This document shows, piece by piece, positions 27,207-36,888 of a DNA stretch of 64,000 bases; position 1 is the first letter of the stretch, and each line of letters begins with the position of its first letter. The notes under the pieces were generated by a model. The model saw only the letters and a program-made list of their open reading frames with translations, searched no databases and was not told where the DNA came from. The DNA comes from Verrucomicrobiota bacterium. Lineage in GTDB: Bacteria; Verrucomicrobiota; Verrucomicrobiia; Verrucomicrobiales; DEV007. A program made the position numbers and the translations under genes. Location: NCBI GenBank assembly GCA_045046875.1, contig JASFYY010000010.1, positions 9,258-73,257 of the forward strand, read 5' to 3'.

Positions 27207-28976
27207 CTATCTCCGGTTAAACACCGCCCTACCAGTCGGCGGATTCTTAGTTGGTTTTTGTTTCTCGATCCGTTCCAAAGTCGCCAACACCTTCTCCTGC
27301 ACCTGCACCCCCTTCTCCGCCACCTCCAAAGCCCGCTCCGGGATCTGTTGACTGCCAAACAGAGAATTCACCGCATTTTGCAAACTACCCGTAGCAGCAC
27401 CACCCGATTTACCACCCACACCAGAAAAAGCCCCACCCGCCTGCAGCCCAAATTTATCGCCAAAATTCCTCTGCATCGATCTTAATTCATTCAGCCCTGG
27501 CGTATCCGCAAAGAGCCTCGACCGACCAGACGGCTGCGGCGTCCCACCCGCCGCCAACTTAGCTTCACGGAAATCATGATCCAACGGCGTGAACTGCCCC
27601 AAATCAATCTCCTCCATCAAGTTGATCGCATCCGTCACCGGCTTTATCATAGCCGCCAATCGATCTTCCTTGCTCTTAGTATCAAAAAGAGGCGAACTTT
27701 CAGCAGGTCCAGCAGGTCTGCCCGCACGAATATTCTCCTTCTGACCTCTAGTCATATTCGATATATCCGTCGTCTCACCCGTATCTTGATTGTGGGAAAA
27801 TTCCATCTTCTGCAATCCCACAGAATTAAGTAACCCATTCAAAAAACCTTCAGAACTCTCGAACGCCGTTTTAATAGAACCAAATAGTCTATCCCCAAAC
27901 GCCTCCGCCATGTTGAGGAATTGAGCCTTTAACCCATCAAGCTTTCCACCTTCGCCAAGCGATTGGAAAGTTTTTATAACTACCGCCTGCAGATGATTCG
28001 CCGCCTTCTCAAAAGCGATCTGCAACGCCACCCCAAGCGCCCCCATGATATCCCCACCGCTCAGCTCCTCCAACGACGTCCGCACAAACGTCACCCCGTC
28101 ACCCAGCGCCTCACCCACCAGCGCCGCCTCGTCCTTCATCGACTTCACCAGCTCGATAGCATCCACCAGCACCGGCTTCAGCGCATCACCCAGAGGCTTC
28201 CCCATCTCCAACCGCAAAATCGAAAATTGATCCTTCAGCGTAGAATACCTACCCGCCAAAGTCGTCGCCTGCCTCTCCAGCAGGTTATGAAAATTACCGC
28301 CTTCACTGGTCAAGTCGATGAAAGCTTGTTTAACATTCTCAAACCCTATCTTTCCCTTACTTCCCAGCTCCTTCACCTGGTCCACACTCACCCCCAGCTG
28401 CTTGGCGAACTCCTGCAGCACCGGGATCCCCCGCCCCGTCAGCTCATTAATATCCTTTGCGAACAACCGCCCCTGCACTTGCGCCTTTCCATATAACGAC
28501 GCAATTTCACCAATCGGCGCACCGATAGCCGACGAAATATCACCGATCCTCCTCAAAGTATCAGGCACCTCCTCCGCTGCCGCGCCGAACGCCAGCAACG
28601 ATTTAGCAGCATTCCCCAGATCCTCGAACTGCAGCGGCGTATTAGCCGCATCCTCCCGGATCCTCGCCAAAAGTTCCGTCGCCTGCGAGCTATCACCCAC
28701 CAGCACATCAAACGCCACCTCGAGCTGCTCCTGATTCGCAGCCTCCACCAACGAATCCTTCAAAATCTTACCAATCCCCACCGCAGCCACCCCCACACCA
28801 ATCGCCGCCAATGCAGGCAAAAACGCAGCTTTAAACCCCTTCGCCAGATTCGATCCCAGCCCACGTCCCTTGCGCTCCGCCCCACCCGCAAACGTGCTCA
28901 GCCTCTTATTCGCCTGCCCCAAAGCAGCCCGAAACTTACTGATCTCCAAATCCAATTCTGCAGTTATCTCAGCCAT
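27207..28976 (-). CDS. Tail tape measure protein
   Basis: AANTPLQFEDL..LLAFG..LRRIGDIS..YGKAQVQG..NELTGRGIP tape-measure motif; helical and Ala/Gly-rich. Confidence 0.9.
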   Translation of the reverse strand: MAEITAELDLEISKFRAALGQANKRLSTFAGGAERKGRGLGSNLAKGFKAAFLPALAAIGVGVAAVGIGKILKDSLVEAANQEQLEVAFDVLVGDSSQATELLARIREDAANTPLQFEDLGNAAKSLLAFGAAAEEVPDTLRRIGDISSAIGAPIGEIASLYGKAQVQGRLFAKDINELTGRGIPVLQEFAKQLGVSVDQVKELGSKGKIGFENVKQAFIDLTSEGGNFHNLLERQATTLAGRYSTLKDQFSILRLEMGKPLGDALKPVLVDAIELVKSMKDEAALVGEALGDGVTFVRTSLEELSGGDIMGALGVALQIAFEKAANHLQAVVIKTFQSLGEGGKLDGLKAQFLNMAEAFGDRLFGSIKTAFESSEGFLNGLLNSVGLQKMEFSHNQDTGETTDISNMTRGQKENIRAGRPAGPAESSPLFDTKSKEDRLAAMIKPVTDAINLMEEIDLGQFTPLDHDFREAKLAAGGTPQPSGRSRLFADTPGLNELRSMQRNFGDKFGLQAGGAFSGVGGKSGGAATGSLQNAVNSLFGSQQIPERALEVAEKGVQVQEKVLATLERIEKQKPTKNPPTGRAVFNRR

Positions 28977-29641
28977 TATCTTCTACTTTTAAAACCCGCT
29001 TTTCTAGCCGCATTCTCAAGAAAGTAATCCACCTGGCTGTGCATCCTCTCCGACTGCGTCTTCATCGCAAAATCCATCCGCCGCTCGATCCCTTTCACAT
29101 TCCCCGCGAACTTGACCTTATTCGTTATCAGCACATTGATCCCCCGACCACTCACCCGGATCTTCACCGCCCCCGGCGACGAATGCCGCCAGATCCAAGC
29201 CGGAGGTTTGTATCCCAGCTTGGCCGCCGCCGTATTGAATCCCCCCGCCAAAAAACCAACCTTCTTTTTACGCTCCCGCAGGTATCTAGTGAATTCACCC
29301 TTGGGAACCAAATGCACCACCCCGCGCTTATTAACCCGCCCGCGAAAATTCCTCCGCTTTTGATGCACCTGCTTCAGATCCACACCCTTGCGGGCAAACT
29401 TCGCCGATGCAGGAGCCAATACTCGCCTTATATCACGCTCCACCGCAGCCTCCCCTTGCTTTTTCGCAGCCTGACCAGATACCCCCTCAGACCCAGGAGG
29501 AGTCACCGAAATCAAAGTCTTCACAATACTCTTCGCCTGCGCCTTCATCACTTCCTCCAGCGATTTCTTAGAATACTTCATGAAACGCTCAACCGACCGA
29601 TTGAACTCCCCCGTCTCAAAATGTAGCTCTTTTACAGCCAT
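28976..29641 (-). CDS. Basic tail-completion/neck protein (HK97 gp10-like, tentative)
   Basis: Highly basic; ITNKVKFA motif. Confidence 0.45.
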   Translation of the reverse strand: MAVKELHFETGEFNRSVERFMKYSKKSLEEVMKAQAKSIVKTLISVTPPGSEGVSGQAAKKQGEAAVERDIRRVLAPASAKFARKGVDLKQVHQKRRNFRGRVNKRGVVHLVPKGEFTRYLRERKKKVGFLAGGFNTAAAKLGYKPPAWIWRHSSPGAVKIRVSGRGINVLITNKVKFAGNVKGIERRMDFAMKTQSERMHSQVDYFLENAARKAGFKSRR

Positions 29642-29892
29642 CAGAATAAATTACCCTCTTCCTCAGCGTCCGCGTCAAAGCTCGCCAGAATCCGATCGAT
29701 CTTCTCATCCACCCGCGCCACCTCTCCAGGCGCCACCGTCCACACATGCGGCACCGCTGCCCAATGACAGTGCCAATACTGGAACGCCCTGCACAACGGC
29801 AGCTCGTCCATGATCCACCGCTCCAATTCAGGAGTCACACGCCCACCCGCCAGAGTAAAAACGAACCTCGCCGTTCCCCCTGGCGTCAGCAA
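29641..29892 (-). CDS. Tail assembly chaperone, -1 frameshift extension (gpT-like)
   Basis: In the -1 frame from the C CCA AAT heptamer at 29892-29898. Confidence 0.7.
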   Translation of the reverse strand: MLTPGGTARFVFTLAGGRVTPELERWIMDELPLCRAFQYWHCHWAAVPHVWTVAPGEVARVDEKIDRILASFDADAEEEGNLF

Positions 29893-30335
29893 TTTGGGGG
29901 CGGATCCTCACCACGACCAGCCTCCTCAGCACTATCCGTCAGCACCGTCTCAGCATACGCCTCCCGCGCCAAGATCGTCACCCGCAGCACCTCCACCATC
30001 AACGGGCGCATCTGATCCATCTGCATGCCCGTTTCTTCAAAATACTCCACCGCCTCCCGCACCGCATCATCTCCAGCGCGGAATGCGGTGAACACCTCAT
30101 CCACCGGCTCCGACTGCATCCACGCAATCGTCGCCACCTCTTTCAGTAGCTCCGCCGCAGGCATCTTCCTTGCCTCATCAAAGCTCCCCACGATCAAACG
30201 CAGATTCATATCCACCGAGCGCTGAAACGCCCGAAAACTGAACGTCCGCAACTTCAACCCCGCCACCTCGGTCACCCCACCAGACACCTCCTCAAAAGCC
30301 CGGTTCAGCTCCTTCTCTCTTTTTTCGTCATTCAT
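29886..30335 (-). CDS. Tail assembly chaperone (gpG-like)
   Basis: Acidic helical 149 aa ending in a slippery site upstream of the tape measure gene. Confidence 0.7.
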   Translation of the reverse strand: MNDEKREKELNRAFEEVSGGVTEVAGLKLRTFSFRAFQRSVDMNLRLIVGSFDEARKMPAAELLKEVATIAWMQSEPVDEVFTAFRAGDDAVREAVEYFEETGMQMDQMRPLMVEVLRVTILAREAYAETVLTDSAEEAGRGEDPPPNC

Positions 30336-30339
30336 AAAT

Positions 30340-30873
30340 TCACAACTGTTTCAGCAATTCAGCCCGTTCTTTTTCGGTGGAATCCTCTCTGATATAAACA
30401 GACTTCTTCCCCTTCCTCACCTTCATGTGACGCAGCAAAGGCTCACCAAAATCAGGGTGAAATTTCTTCGACGACAACTTATGACGAAGTGCCTCATACT
30501 CTCGCAGCAATCGCGCCTGCATCGCAATTGGATGATGCGGATTCGCATCCAGCCAAGCATCATCTCGCAGCAAAGCCCAAAACTCCTCCAGGGTGAACTC
30601 CTGTCCCGCTGCAATAGGCATCACCTGCACCTTAGCATCACCATCAAAACACCACGTCACCTCCCGCTTAAGCCGCCCTTCCGGCAACTCCTCCGTCGCA
30701 TCAAGGAACGCCGCAGTGTGTTCCTTGCCCAACTTGGAAGGCAGCGGAGCCAAGCGGAATCCAAACGCCAAAGCCGCCGCCACCTCCACCGTTTTGGGAG
30801 ATTTCAAAGGAGGACGGTCATCCACCACGCGCTGGAGATTAACACCCTCCAGATCCTTGATAGACCCCGTCAT
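30340..30873 (-). CDS. Phage hypothetical protein
   Basis: ATG 30873 is ATGA-coupled to the upstream gene. Confidence 0.6.
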   Translation of the reverse strand: MTGSIKDLEGVNLQRVVDDRPPLKSPKTVEVAAALAFGFRLAPLPSKLGKEHTAAFLDATEELPEGRLKREVTWCFDGDAKVQVMPIAAGQEFTLEEFWALLRDDAWLDANPHHPIAMQARLLREYEALRHKLSSKKFHPDFGEPLLRHMKVRKGKKSVYIREDSTEKERAELLKQL

Positions 30874-31199
30874 GCAGCAGCTCCAGCAGCATGCGTGCCA
30901 GACGCACTCCATCCGTTGCGACCAGTATTGCTCTGATCCTCGTCCGTGCTCTCGATCAAAGTCACGCCGCCCGTCAGACCAGCGATAGTCGGACCACCTC
31001 CCCCCAGCGCAAAATCAGCAGGCACATCACCTTTGCCGCTCGCAGAAAATTCATATATTTCCCCATAAGCAGTCGCCGCATGGAACCCCCCCACACTCGT
31101 CAGCGTCGGAGTCGATACATCCACGCTCTTTTTCAAGCGAAACTCCTCCGTCAAAGCAGTACCGATAGAAACGATTCCGAAAGAAGTAATGGCAGGCAT
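30870..31199 (-). CDS. Small tail-tube-like protein, paralogue 2
   Basis: TSFG...SASGKGD pattern shared with neighbour; position. Confidence 0.5.
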   Translation of the reverse strand: MPAITSFGIVSIGTALTEEFRLKKSVDVSTPTLTSVGGFHAATAYGEIYEFSASGKGDVPADFALGGGGPTIAGLTGGVTLIESTDEDQSNTGRNGWSASGTHAAGAAA

Positions 31200-31233
31200 A
31201 ATAAAAAAGTTAAATAATAGTTACAAAAGAAAA

Positions 31234-31557
31234 TTAAGCCGCCGTGGAGAATGCTTTGCCAGTGATCTCAAAATCAGGGTATTCCCCCTCAGCCACCTCA
31301 GTGGACTCCGCAGATATCACCTTCACCGCCCCAGCAACGAACTCCCCGGAAGTCACCCCAGCAAACGCAGGATCACCCTTGCCGCGAATCGTCACATCCT
31401 CCTCGATGAGTTTTTTGGCACGCATCTTAACAAACTCCCCCAACTCATCACGGACAACTGCCTTGCCCTGCTTACGCCCACGCCGCGATTCCGAAGTGAA
31501 TCCATTCGTCGGGGTGGTCAATCCAAAGGTGCTAGTTACTCCATGTGCGTCAGCCAT
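31234..31557 (-). CDS. Small tail-tube-like protein, paralogue 1
   Basis: STFG...TIRGKGD...PDFEITG; position. Confidence 0.5.
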   Translation of the reverse strand: MADAHGVTSTFGLTTPTNGFTSESRRGRKQGKAVVRDELGEFVKMRAKKLIEEDVTIRGKGDPAFAGVTSGEFVAGAVKVISAESTEVAEGEYPDFEITGKAFSTAA

Positions 31558-31583
31558 AACAAATAGCAATTGTCAAAACACAT

Positions 31584-31802
31584 CTACTCGCCCACGCTAC
31601 TCTCGATCACCACACCCGAATCACCCCGGAGCTCCAAAATCGGTCGCGACTCCTCATCCGGCCAATCCCGCTTTTTCAAAAAAGCCTCATAGCTCCGCCG
31701 CCGATCCTTCAGATCCCCTACCCCAATCACAGCCCTGGCATTCTGCCCATTCGCCGTCACCGACACTACCTGCCCCAAATCCACTCTTTTTTTCTTTGCC
31801 AT
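31584..31802 (-). CDS. Phage hypothetical protein
   Basis: ATG 31802 preceded by TTGACA-N14. Confidence 0.55.
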   Translation of the reverse strand: MAKKKRVDLGQVVSVTANGQNARAVIGVGDLKDRRRSYEAFLKKRDWPDEESRPILELRGDSGVVIESSVGE

Positions 31803-31822
31803 AAATATTGGCAAAATGTCAA

Positions 31823-32038
31823 TCACTCCCTTCCATGGATCTTAAACCTCCAGTGTTTACCGGACACCTCCAACACCCCCTTTTTTACCAGCGCATTCAT
31901 GTGTCCCATCGCAGCGGACTGAGTAAATCCAAAAAAAGCAGCCACGTCTCGACTGCTAGGCAGCCGATCCTCATTAGCAAAGAATTCCTTGATAAAAACC
32001 AACACCTCAGCTTGTCGCTTACTCAATTCATCAGACAT
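31823..32038 (-). CDS. LexA N-terminal DNA-binding-domain-only protein
   Basis: LSKRQAEVLVFI...PSSRDVAAFFGF.QSAAMGHMNALVKKGVL. Confidence 0.8.
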   Translation of the reverse strand: MSDELSKRQAEVLVFIKEFFANEDRLPSSRDVAAFFGFTQSAAMGHMNALVKKGVLEVSGKHWRFKIHGRE

Positions 32039-32083
32039 TCACTAACCAATGAACGAAAACCTAGCCACACTCAAGGAAAAAAC

Positions 32084-32383
32084 TCACTCCACACACCCAG
32101 ATTCATAGCACTCATGCCCTAGCCCCCAAGGCTCCACCTTCCCAAAAACAGCATATTCTAAAAAGACCATCTCCTCCCTCACTCGATCTGGCACCAACGA
32201 GCAACCCGTCATCCACAGCACCACCAGCAACGAGGTCAGTAACACTACCAGCCACCGGAAAAAACGCCAGCGCCTCACTTTAAGTGTTTCCGAAAAAATT
32301 ACCCTCCTCTTTTTATTGCGACCCCTATACCTAACTTTTATATACTCCCAGCGAGGATGCGCTTCAATATTCATCATCTTCAT
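32084..32383 (-). CDS. Membrane/lipoprotein-like hypothetical protein
   Basis: Basic N-terminus, TM segment ending in MTGC. Confidence 0.5.
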   Translation of the reverse strand: MKMMNIEAHPRWEYIKVRYRGRNKKRRVIFSETLKVRRWRFFRWLVVLLTSLLVVLWMTGCSLVPDRVREEMVFLEYAVFGKVEPWGLGHECYESGCVE

Positions 32384-32811
32384 TGTTTCTCCACTCCCAT
32401 CTTCACCGCCATCGCAGAGACCCATTTCTGCCCATCATTCAGACTCCGCCAATCCCCCGTCGAAAAACTCGTTCCTCCCGTCAGACCAAAACCCTCCACT
32501 TGCAGTGCCGCATCCAACTGAACTTTATTAGCCTGCGAAAACAACCAATCAATGCCCGCCTTATCCACCACCTCACGATGCCGCACCAACGACGTCTGAT
32601 CCGAGAATGCCGGAGTCTCCACCCTCACCTCAAGCTCCGCCACGTATAGTGGACCGACCGACCAATTCAACTCCACCGCAAAAATCAGAAACTCTTTAGT
32701 TGGATCAAGATCCACATCACTAGTCTCACCCCGCACCTCCACCACAAACGCCTCGCCTGCAAAATAAGCGTCCGCATAAGCCTTCAAAGCCTGCTCAATA
32801 TTCAGATTCAT
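32380..32811 (-). CDS. Putative tail terminator protein
   Basis: 143 aa, acidic, neck-module position. Confidence 0.45.
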   Translation of the reverse strand: MNLNIEQALKAYADAYFAGEAFVVEVRGETSDVDLDPTKEFLIFAVELNWSVGPLYVAELEVRVETPAFSDQTSLVRHREVVDKAGIDWLFSQANKVQLDAALQVEGFGLTGGTSFSTGDWRSLNDGQKWVSAMAVKMGVEKQ

Positions 32812-33395
32812 ACCAAGCCTATTATTTTACTCAAAGCCTCCGCCTCTTTCCTCGCCCCCACCAAAGCTCGATGAGGTTTCGGCTCAGCAGGTAGCCCCAG
32901 CAACGCATAGATCTCATCCGTATAAAGCCCGCGTGAAGGGATCTCCAGCACATCCGATAATCCATGCGCCACCGCCAAGCTATGCAGATCCAGCACACGG
33001 TGCCGGAACGCCCGCGCCACCTTCACCCCAGCCCGCTCACAAGCCCTTAATACAAACGCACGATCAAAAGACGGATTCAGTCCCGCCAACATCACCGGCT
33101 CGTCCTGCGTAGCCTCACACCAGTTCAACAGCTCCAAAATAGCTTCCCCCTCAGTCGGCAACACCGGATTCGTGCACCGAGCCATACTCAAGCCATGCAC
33201 ATCAGCAGCTCTGTCATCCCACTTCGCCCCCTCCCACATCTGGCAGTCCATCTGGAACTCGCCCACACCGCCAGTCAGCCACACCGCACCCATCTCGACA
33301 ATACTGTGTTTATTCGCATCCAAGCCAGTCGTCTCAAGATCCACCACCAGTATCCGGGGAGACATCACATATTCATTCGGTTCGCCATCGTTCAT
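32808..33395 (-). CDS. DEDDh 3'-5' exonuclease
   Basis: VVDLETTG, NPSFD, PHRALVGA (last Asp appears replaced by Gly). Confidence 0.8.
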   Translation of the reverse strand: MNDGEPNEYVMSPRILVVDLETTGLDANKHSIVEMGAVWLTGGVGEFQMDCQMWEGAKWDDRAADVHGLSMARCTNPVLPTEGEAILELLNWCEATQDEPVMLAGLNPSFDRAFVLRACERAGVKVARAFRHRVLDLHSLAVAHGLSDVLEIPSRGLYTDEIYALLGLPAEPKPHRALVGARKEAEALSKIIGLV

Positions 33396-33417
33396 GGTAT
33401 CCGACCGATGTCAATGA

Positions 33418-33741
33418 TCAGCCAGGCCACTGAATCGCCACAAACTCCCACGAGATCGCCCCCGATCCACGTCCGCTCAGATCCTCATCAAAGCGATACG
33501 TCTCCCCCGCATGCACAATCGACGCCCCTTTTTGCGGCAACGCCGCCAGCACACTCTTGCGGATCGTCACCGTCAGCGACTTGATCCTACCTATCCCCCC
33601 ATCCATCAGCTCCGCCTGCTGTCCACTCACCACCGCCGCACATGCATAAGGCGTCCCACCTATCGTTACCGTCTCCGGCCACAGATCCTCTGCCGAAGCC
33701 TGCATCTGATCTTCAAATCCCGCGAGTTGATTAGCATCCAT
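33418..33741 (-). CDS. Head-tail joining (head closure, gpFII-like) protein
   Basis: ~107 aa beta protein downstream of the capsid genes. Confidence 0.55.
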   Translation of the reverse strand: MDANQLAGFEDQMQASAEDLWPETVTIGGTPYACAAVVSGQQAELMDGGIGRIKSLTVTIRKSVLAALPQKGASIVHAGETYRFDEDLSGRGSGAISWEFVAIQWPG

Positions 33742-33758
33742 ACTCAAGCTCAGTCGTC

Positions 33759-33803
33759 AAAAAAAGCAGCTCCGACTCGCTCAAAAGAGCCAATCGGAGC
33801 CGC
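33759..33803 (-). terminator. Intrinsic terminator after the capsid operon
   Basis: GCGGCTCCGATT..AGTCGGAGCTGC plus T7. Confidence 0.75.
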
Positions 33804-33829
33804 AGGTAGCATAGGACTTTGGTGGTCTG

Positions 33830-34360
33830 CTATTCTCCTTTCTTCGCCTTTTTAGGCGGAGCACGGAAAGTGTCCGCAGCTCGCTCCACCGGTTCTGGTG
33901 GCGCGGCTGGATCCGTCTCAGTATCCTGTCCTTTTTTGGACTCAGGATCTGCTTTATTATCGGAAATTTTCTTTTTCTCAGCTTCGATTTTTTCAGCTGC
34001 TGCAGCCTTCTCTTTCACCGCTGCCGCCTGCTCGTCAGCTTCTTTCTTCAGCTTTTCTTCTTCAGCTTTTGCCTCCGCAGCTGCCGTGTCCACAGCCTCG
34101 GCACCCAAACGATCAATTTCAGCCAGCTTGGCTTCTTCGATCTTCAGTCCTGCCGCGGCACCGGCTTCGCGGAATTTGTGTGACTTTGCACATCTGCCTC
34201 GCATCCAAATTTCAAGACGAGGATAATCGTCATTCGGAGCATCGTCCGCCGCGACCCGTTCTTTAAACTCCTTCAGCAGTTCACTGAACGGCTTAACATC
34301 GGAAACCACTTTCCCCTCCCGACGGTTTAGAGAAAAGGCGATGAGGATAGCTAGTTTCAT
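33830..34360 (-). CDS. Phage protein with Ala/Glu/Lys-rich C-terminus
   Basis: Follows the capsid gene. Confidence 0.6.
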   Translation of the reverse strand: MKLAILIAFSLNRREGKVVSDVKPFSELLKEFKERVAADDAPNDDYPRLEIWMRGRCAKSHKFREAGAAAGLKIEEAKLAEIDRLGAEAVDTAAAEAKAEEEKLKKEADEQAAAVKEKAAAAEKIEAEKKKISDNKADPESKKGQDTETDPAAPPEPVERAADTFRAPPKKAKKGE

Positions 34361-34403
34361 AAAGTGACTTGGTTAGAAATTGATTCCAGATGCTTCAGTC
34401 TGA

Positions 34404-35330
34404 TTATGGAGTGACAATGCGTTTCAGCGCGCCAACCTCACCGATAGCGAAGCCATAGTGAGCCTCGATCACCTGCACCTCTTGTGACGTATCAGGATAA
34501 ACCAGATGCTTGTATTCCAAAACCAGCCCGGTGTATTCATCCTTCACAATGCGATAATCATAAACCTGAGACATCTGCGCCTTCGTTGGAGGCACCGGAG
34601 CAAATGCCGTAAGGATGGCCGAAGGAAAACTAACAAAACCCGCCAGTTTTTCCAACCCATTAGTAGGCACCCCGTTCGAACCAAAAGTATTGAACTCCAA
34701 AATACGCTGCACTAATGCCTCACGTAGCACCGCTGGATCATTCGACTGCGACGCATCGAGCAAAGCAGGGCTCCCAACTAAGGCATAATAAAAAGCAGGG
34801 TTGAGCACCATACCACGCCCCACATTTGGCCAATCGGCCTCCATTGCCAATTTTGCCAATTCGGCGACATCAACCTCATCGAAGTTATCTGCGATAGTAG
34901 CCGCGATGGTAGTGGAAGGGAAATTGGCTGCTGTCACCACCGACAGAACGTCAGCGGTAATATCCGAAGCCAGCTTTTCAGCCTTTAATTGCCCGTGCAT
35001 CTCTGGATTAAATTTTGGCTCGCGCGCCACTTGCTGTGCCGTGAACGAGATCGCTTGAACTTTGTGTTTATCAAGAGCAACAGTTTTCGACAAAGTGTTC
35101 GTATCAGTTGCTTTAGCAAGGTAAGAATCAGACGCAGCCATATCCTGACTCGCGTCGGTGGCCAGCGGGTAATATGGAACATTTATCGTCCCATCCCCCT
35201 GCAGCTCCACATCCTCGTATGCTTGCGAAAAAATTGATAGTGGCAGAATCGCTTTACGAAAAGCGACCAGCGCTGAATCTAAGACTTCTGTGAGTTGGAG
35301 TTCGGAAACAATTGCGTTTGTAGTAGCCAT
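34404..35330 (-). CDS. Major capsid protein (HK97 fold)
   Basis: 308 aa; GTINVP, RGMVLNP, IEAHYG; follows protease and scaffold. Confidence 0.8.
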   Translation of the reverse strand: MATTNAIVSELQLTEVLDSALVAFRKAILPLSIFSQAYEDVELQGDGTINVPYYPLATDASQDMAASDSYLAKATDTNTLSKTVALDKHKVQAISFTAQQVAREPKFNPEMHGQLKAEKLASDITADVLSVVTAANFPSTTIAATIADNFDEVDVAELAKLAMEADWPNVGRGMVLNPAFYYALVGSPALLDASQSNDPAVLREALVQRILEFNTFGSNGVPTNGLEKLAGFVSFPSAILTAFAPVPPTKAQMSQVYDYRIVKDEYTGLVLEYKHLVYPDTSQEVQVIEAHYGFAIGEVGALKRIVTP

Positions 35331-35391
35331 TTGAGTAGTGAGTTTTTGTGATTATTTTTGAAATACAGATTCTGCGATTCGTTTTAAATTG

Positions 35392-36006
35392 TTACTTGCT
35401 TCGCGATTTGAATTCTCGCAGCAGCGCGCTGCGTTCCTCCTGCGTTTCACAGGCTTTCAAATTTTCCTCAAGCTCTGCCCGAGTCTTAGCTTTAGCGTTT
35501 GTTCCACCTTGCGTTTCATCTTTCCCAGGCAATCCAGTTTCAGGCACGCCAGCTGATGCCAGCGCATCAGTCGTCGCCTGCTGCACCGTAGTTTTCGATT
35601 TCACCGCCTCATCCAGCGCCGCTTGCAGCTCAGTATTAGCCGTGCGTTGAGCATCAAGATCCGTAGTCGCCGTCGCCAACTCATTTGTCAGTCGCGCCAC
35701 TTCCGCCCGCGCCTGACCTGCCGAAGCTGTCAGCTGCCGATTGGATGCGACCAACTGAGCATTGCTGCTCACCATCGCCTTGGCATTATCCAAGATCCCT
35801 GGCTTCGCAACCTGCTCTCCAGATTTATTCTTAGCCGCAGCTTCCTTCGCCGCCTCAGCTTCCGCTTGCACCGCCTCCATCTCACCCGCAGCCGAAGCCA
35901 GCGATGTCAGATACTGCAGCTCAGCAGTCGTGACTTCAGTGTGATCTCCCTCAGCAGTGCCAAGTAGAGTGATAAGACGGGCTCGTTGTTCAGCGCTAAG
36001 TTTCAT
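35392..36006 (-). CDS. Putative scaffolding protein
   Basis: Ala-rich coiled coil between protease and capsid. Confidence 0.6.
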   Translation of the reverse strand: MKLSAEQRARLITLLGTAEGDHTEVTTAELQYLTSLASAAGEMEAVQAEAEAAKEAAAKNKSGEQVAKPGILDNAKAMVSSNAQLVASNRQLTASAGQARAEVARLTNELATATTDLDAQRTANTELQAALDEAVKSKTTVQQATTDALASAGVPETGLPGKDETQGGTNAKAKTRAELEENLKACETQEERSALLREFKSRSK

Positions 36007-36051
36007 GAATATCAAATTTGTTTTTTTGAGTAGAATGCGATCAAATCGACT

Positions 36052-36888
36052 TTATGCATTCGCCGCCGTGTCAATCAGATTGGCGAACAAGTGGTCAATT
36101 GTGAGAAAAAAACCATCCACCAATCCCGCGTCCAAAGCCCCTTGCCCCGAGTAGTATCCCCCCTGATACATCGCCTCCGCCAGATGCGGACGCCGCGAAC
36201 GAACAAAAGCCTTAAACTCACCACCCACCTGCGTCACCCGTTCTTGGAAAAATGCCCGCTGCTTATCGCTCAGCGTTTTCCCAGGCATACCACCAGCCTT
36301 CAAGTCGCCATCAGTGAACAGCTCCATTTTCAAACCATCCATCTCCCACGCCCGGCTCTCATCCAGGATCGCAATATACGCAGAAATCGAACCCACAATC
36401 GCACTCGGTCCAGCATAGATTTCATCACAAGCCGACGCCAAATAATAACCCGCGCTGCACGCCATGTTATCGACATAAGCAATCGTCCGCTTCGTCTCCG
36501 CCAACTCACGGATCAACTCCGCACCTTCACCCACGCTGGTCGCGATCCCGCCCGGAGTATTAAAAGTCGTCACCACCGTATGCACATCATCCCGCTGCTT
36601 CAGCTCCGCACACTGCCTTTCAAGCAGCGCCAGATCATACCCCCCGCCACACTCCATTTCCATGAAGCTCAAATGTTTCCCGATCACCCCCGCCACCCTA
36701 TTCAGCGCAAAGCCATCCGCAATCAAAACCCCAGGAGGCGGAGACGTCCGCTCAACTGGCGCAGCGTGCGCCGTATTCACTCGCCCCATCAAATGCGAGT
36801 GCAGCACCTTCCCCATCGACGCATGCTGATCCTCCCGGATCAACCAAGGCTCAGAATAAAACTTTGTCGCGATTCTATGTAAACTCAT
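36052..36888 (-). CDS. Prohead protease, S49 family
   Basis: NTPGG, ACSAGYYLAS, VGSI, GLVD. Confidence 0.9.
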   Translation of the reverse strand: MSLHRIATKFYSEPWLIREDQHASMGKVLHSHLMGRVNTAHAAPVERTSPPPGVLIADGFALNRVAGVIGKHLSFMEMECGGGYDLALLERQCAELKQRDDVHTVVTTFNTPGGIATSVGEGAELIRELAETKRTIAYVDNMACSAGYYLASACDEIYAGPSAIVGSISAYIAILDESRAWEMDGLKMELFTDGDLKAGGMPGKTLSDKQRAFFQERVTQVGGEFKAFVRSRRPHLAEAMYQGGYYSGQGALDAGLVDGFFLTIDHLFANLIDTAANA

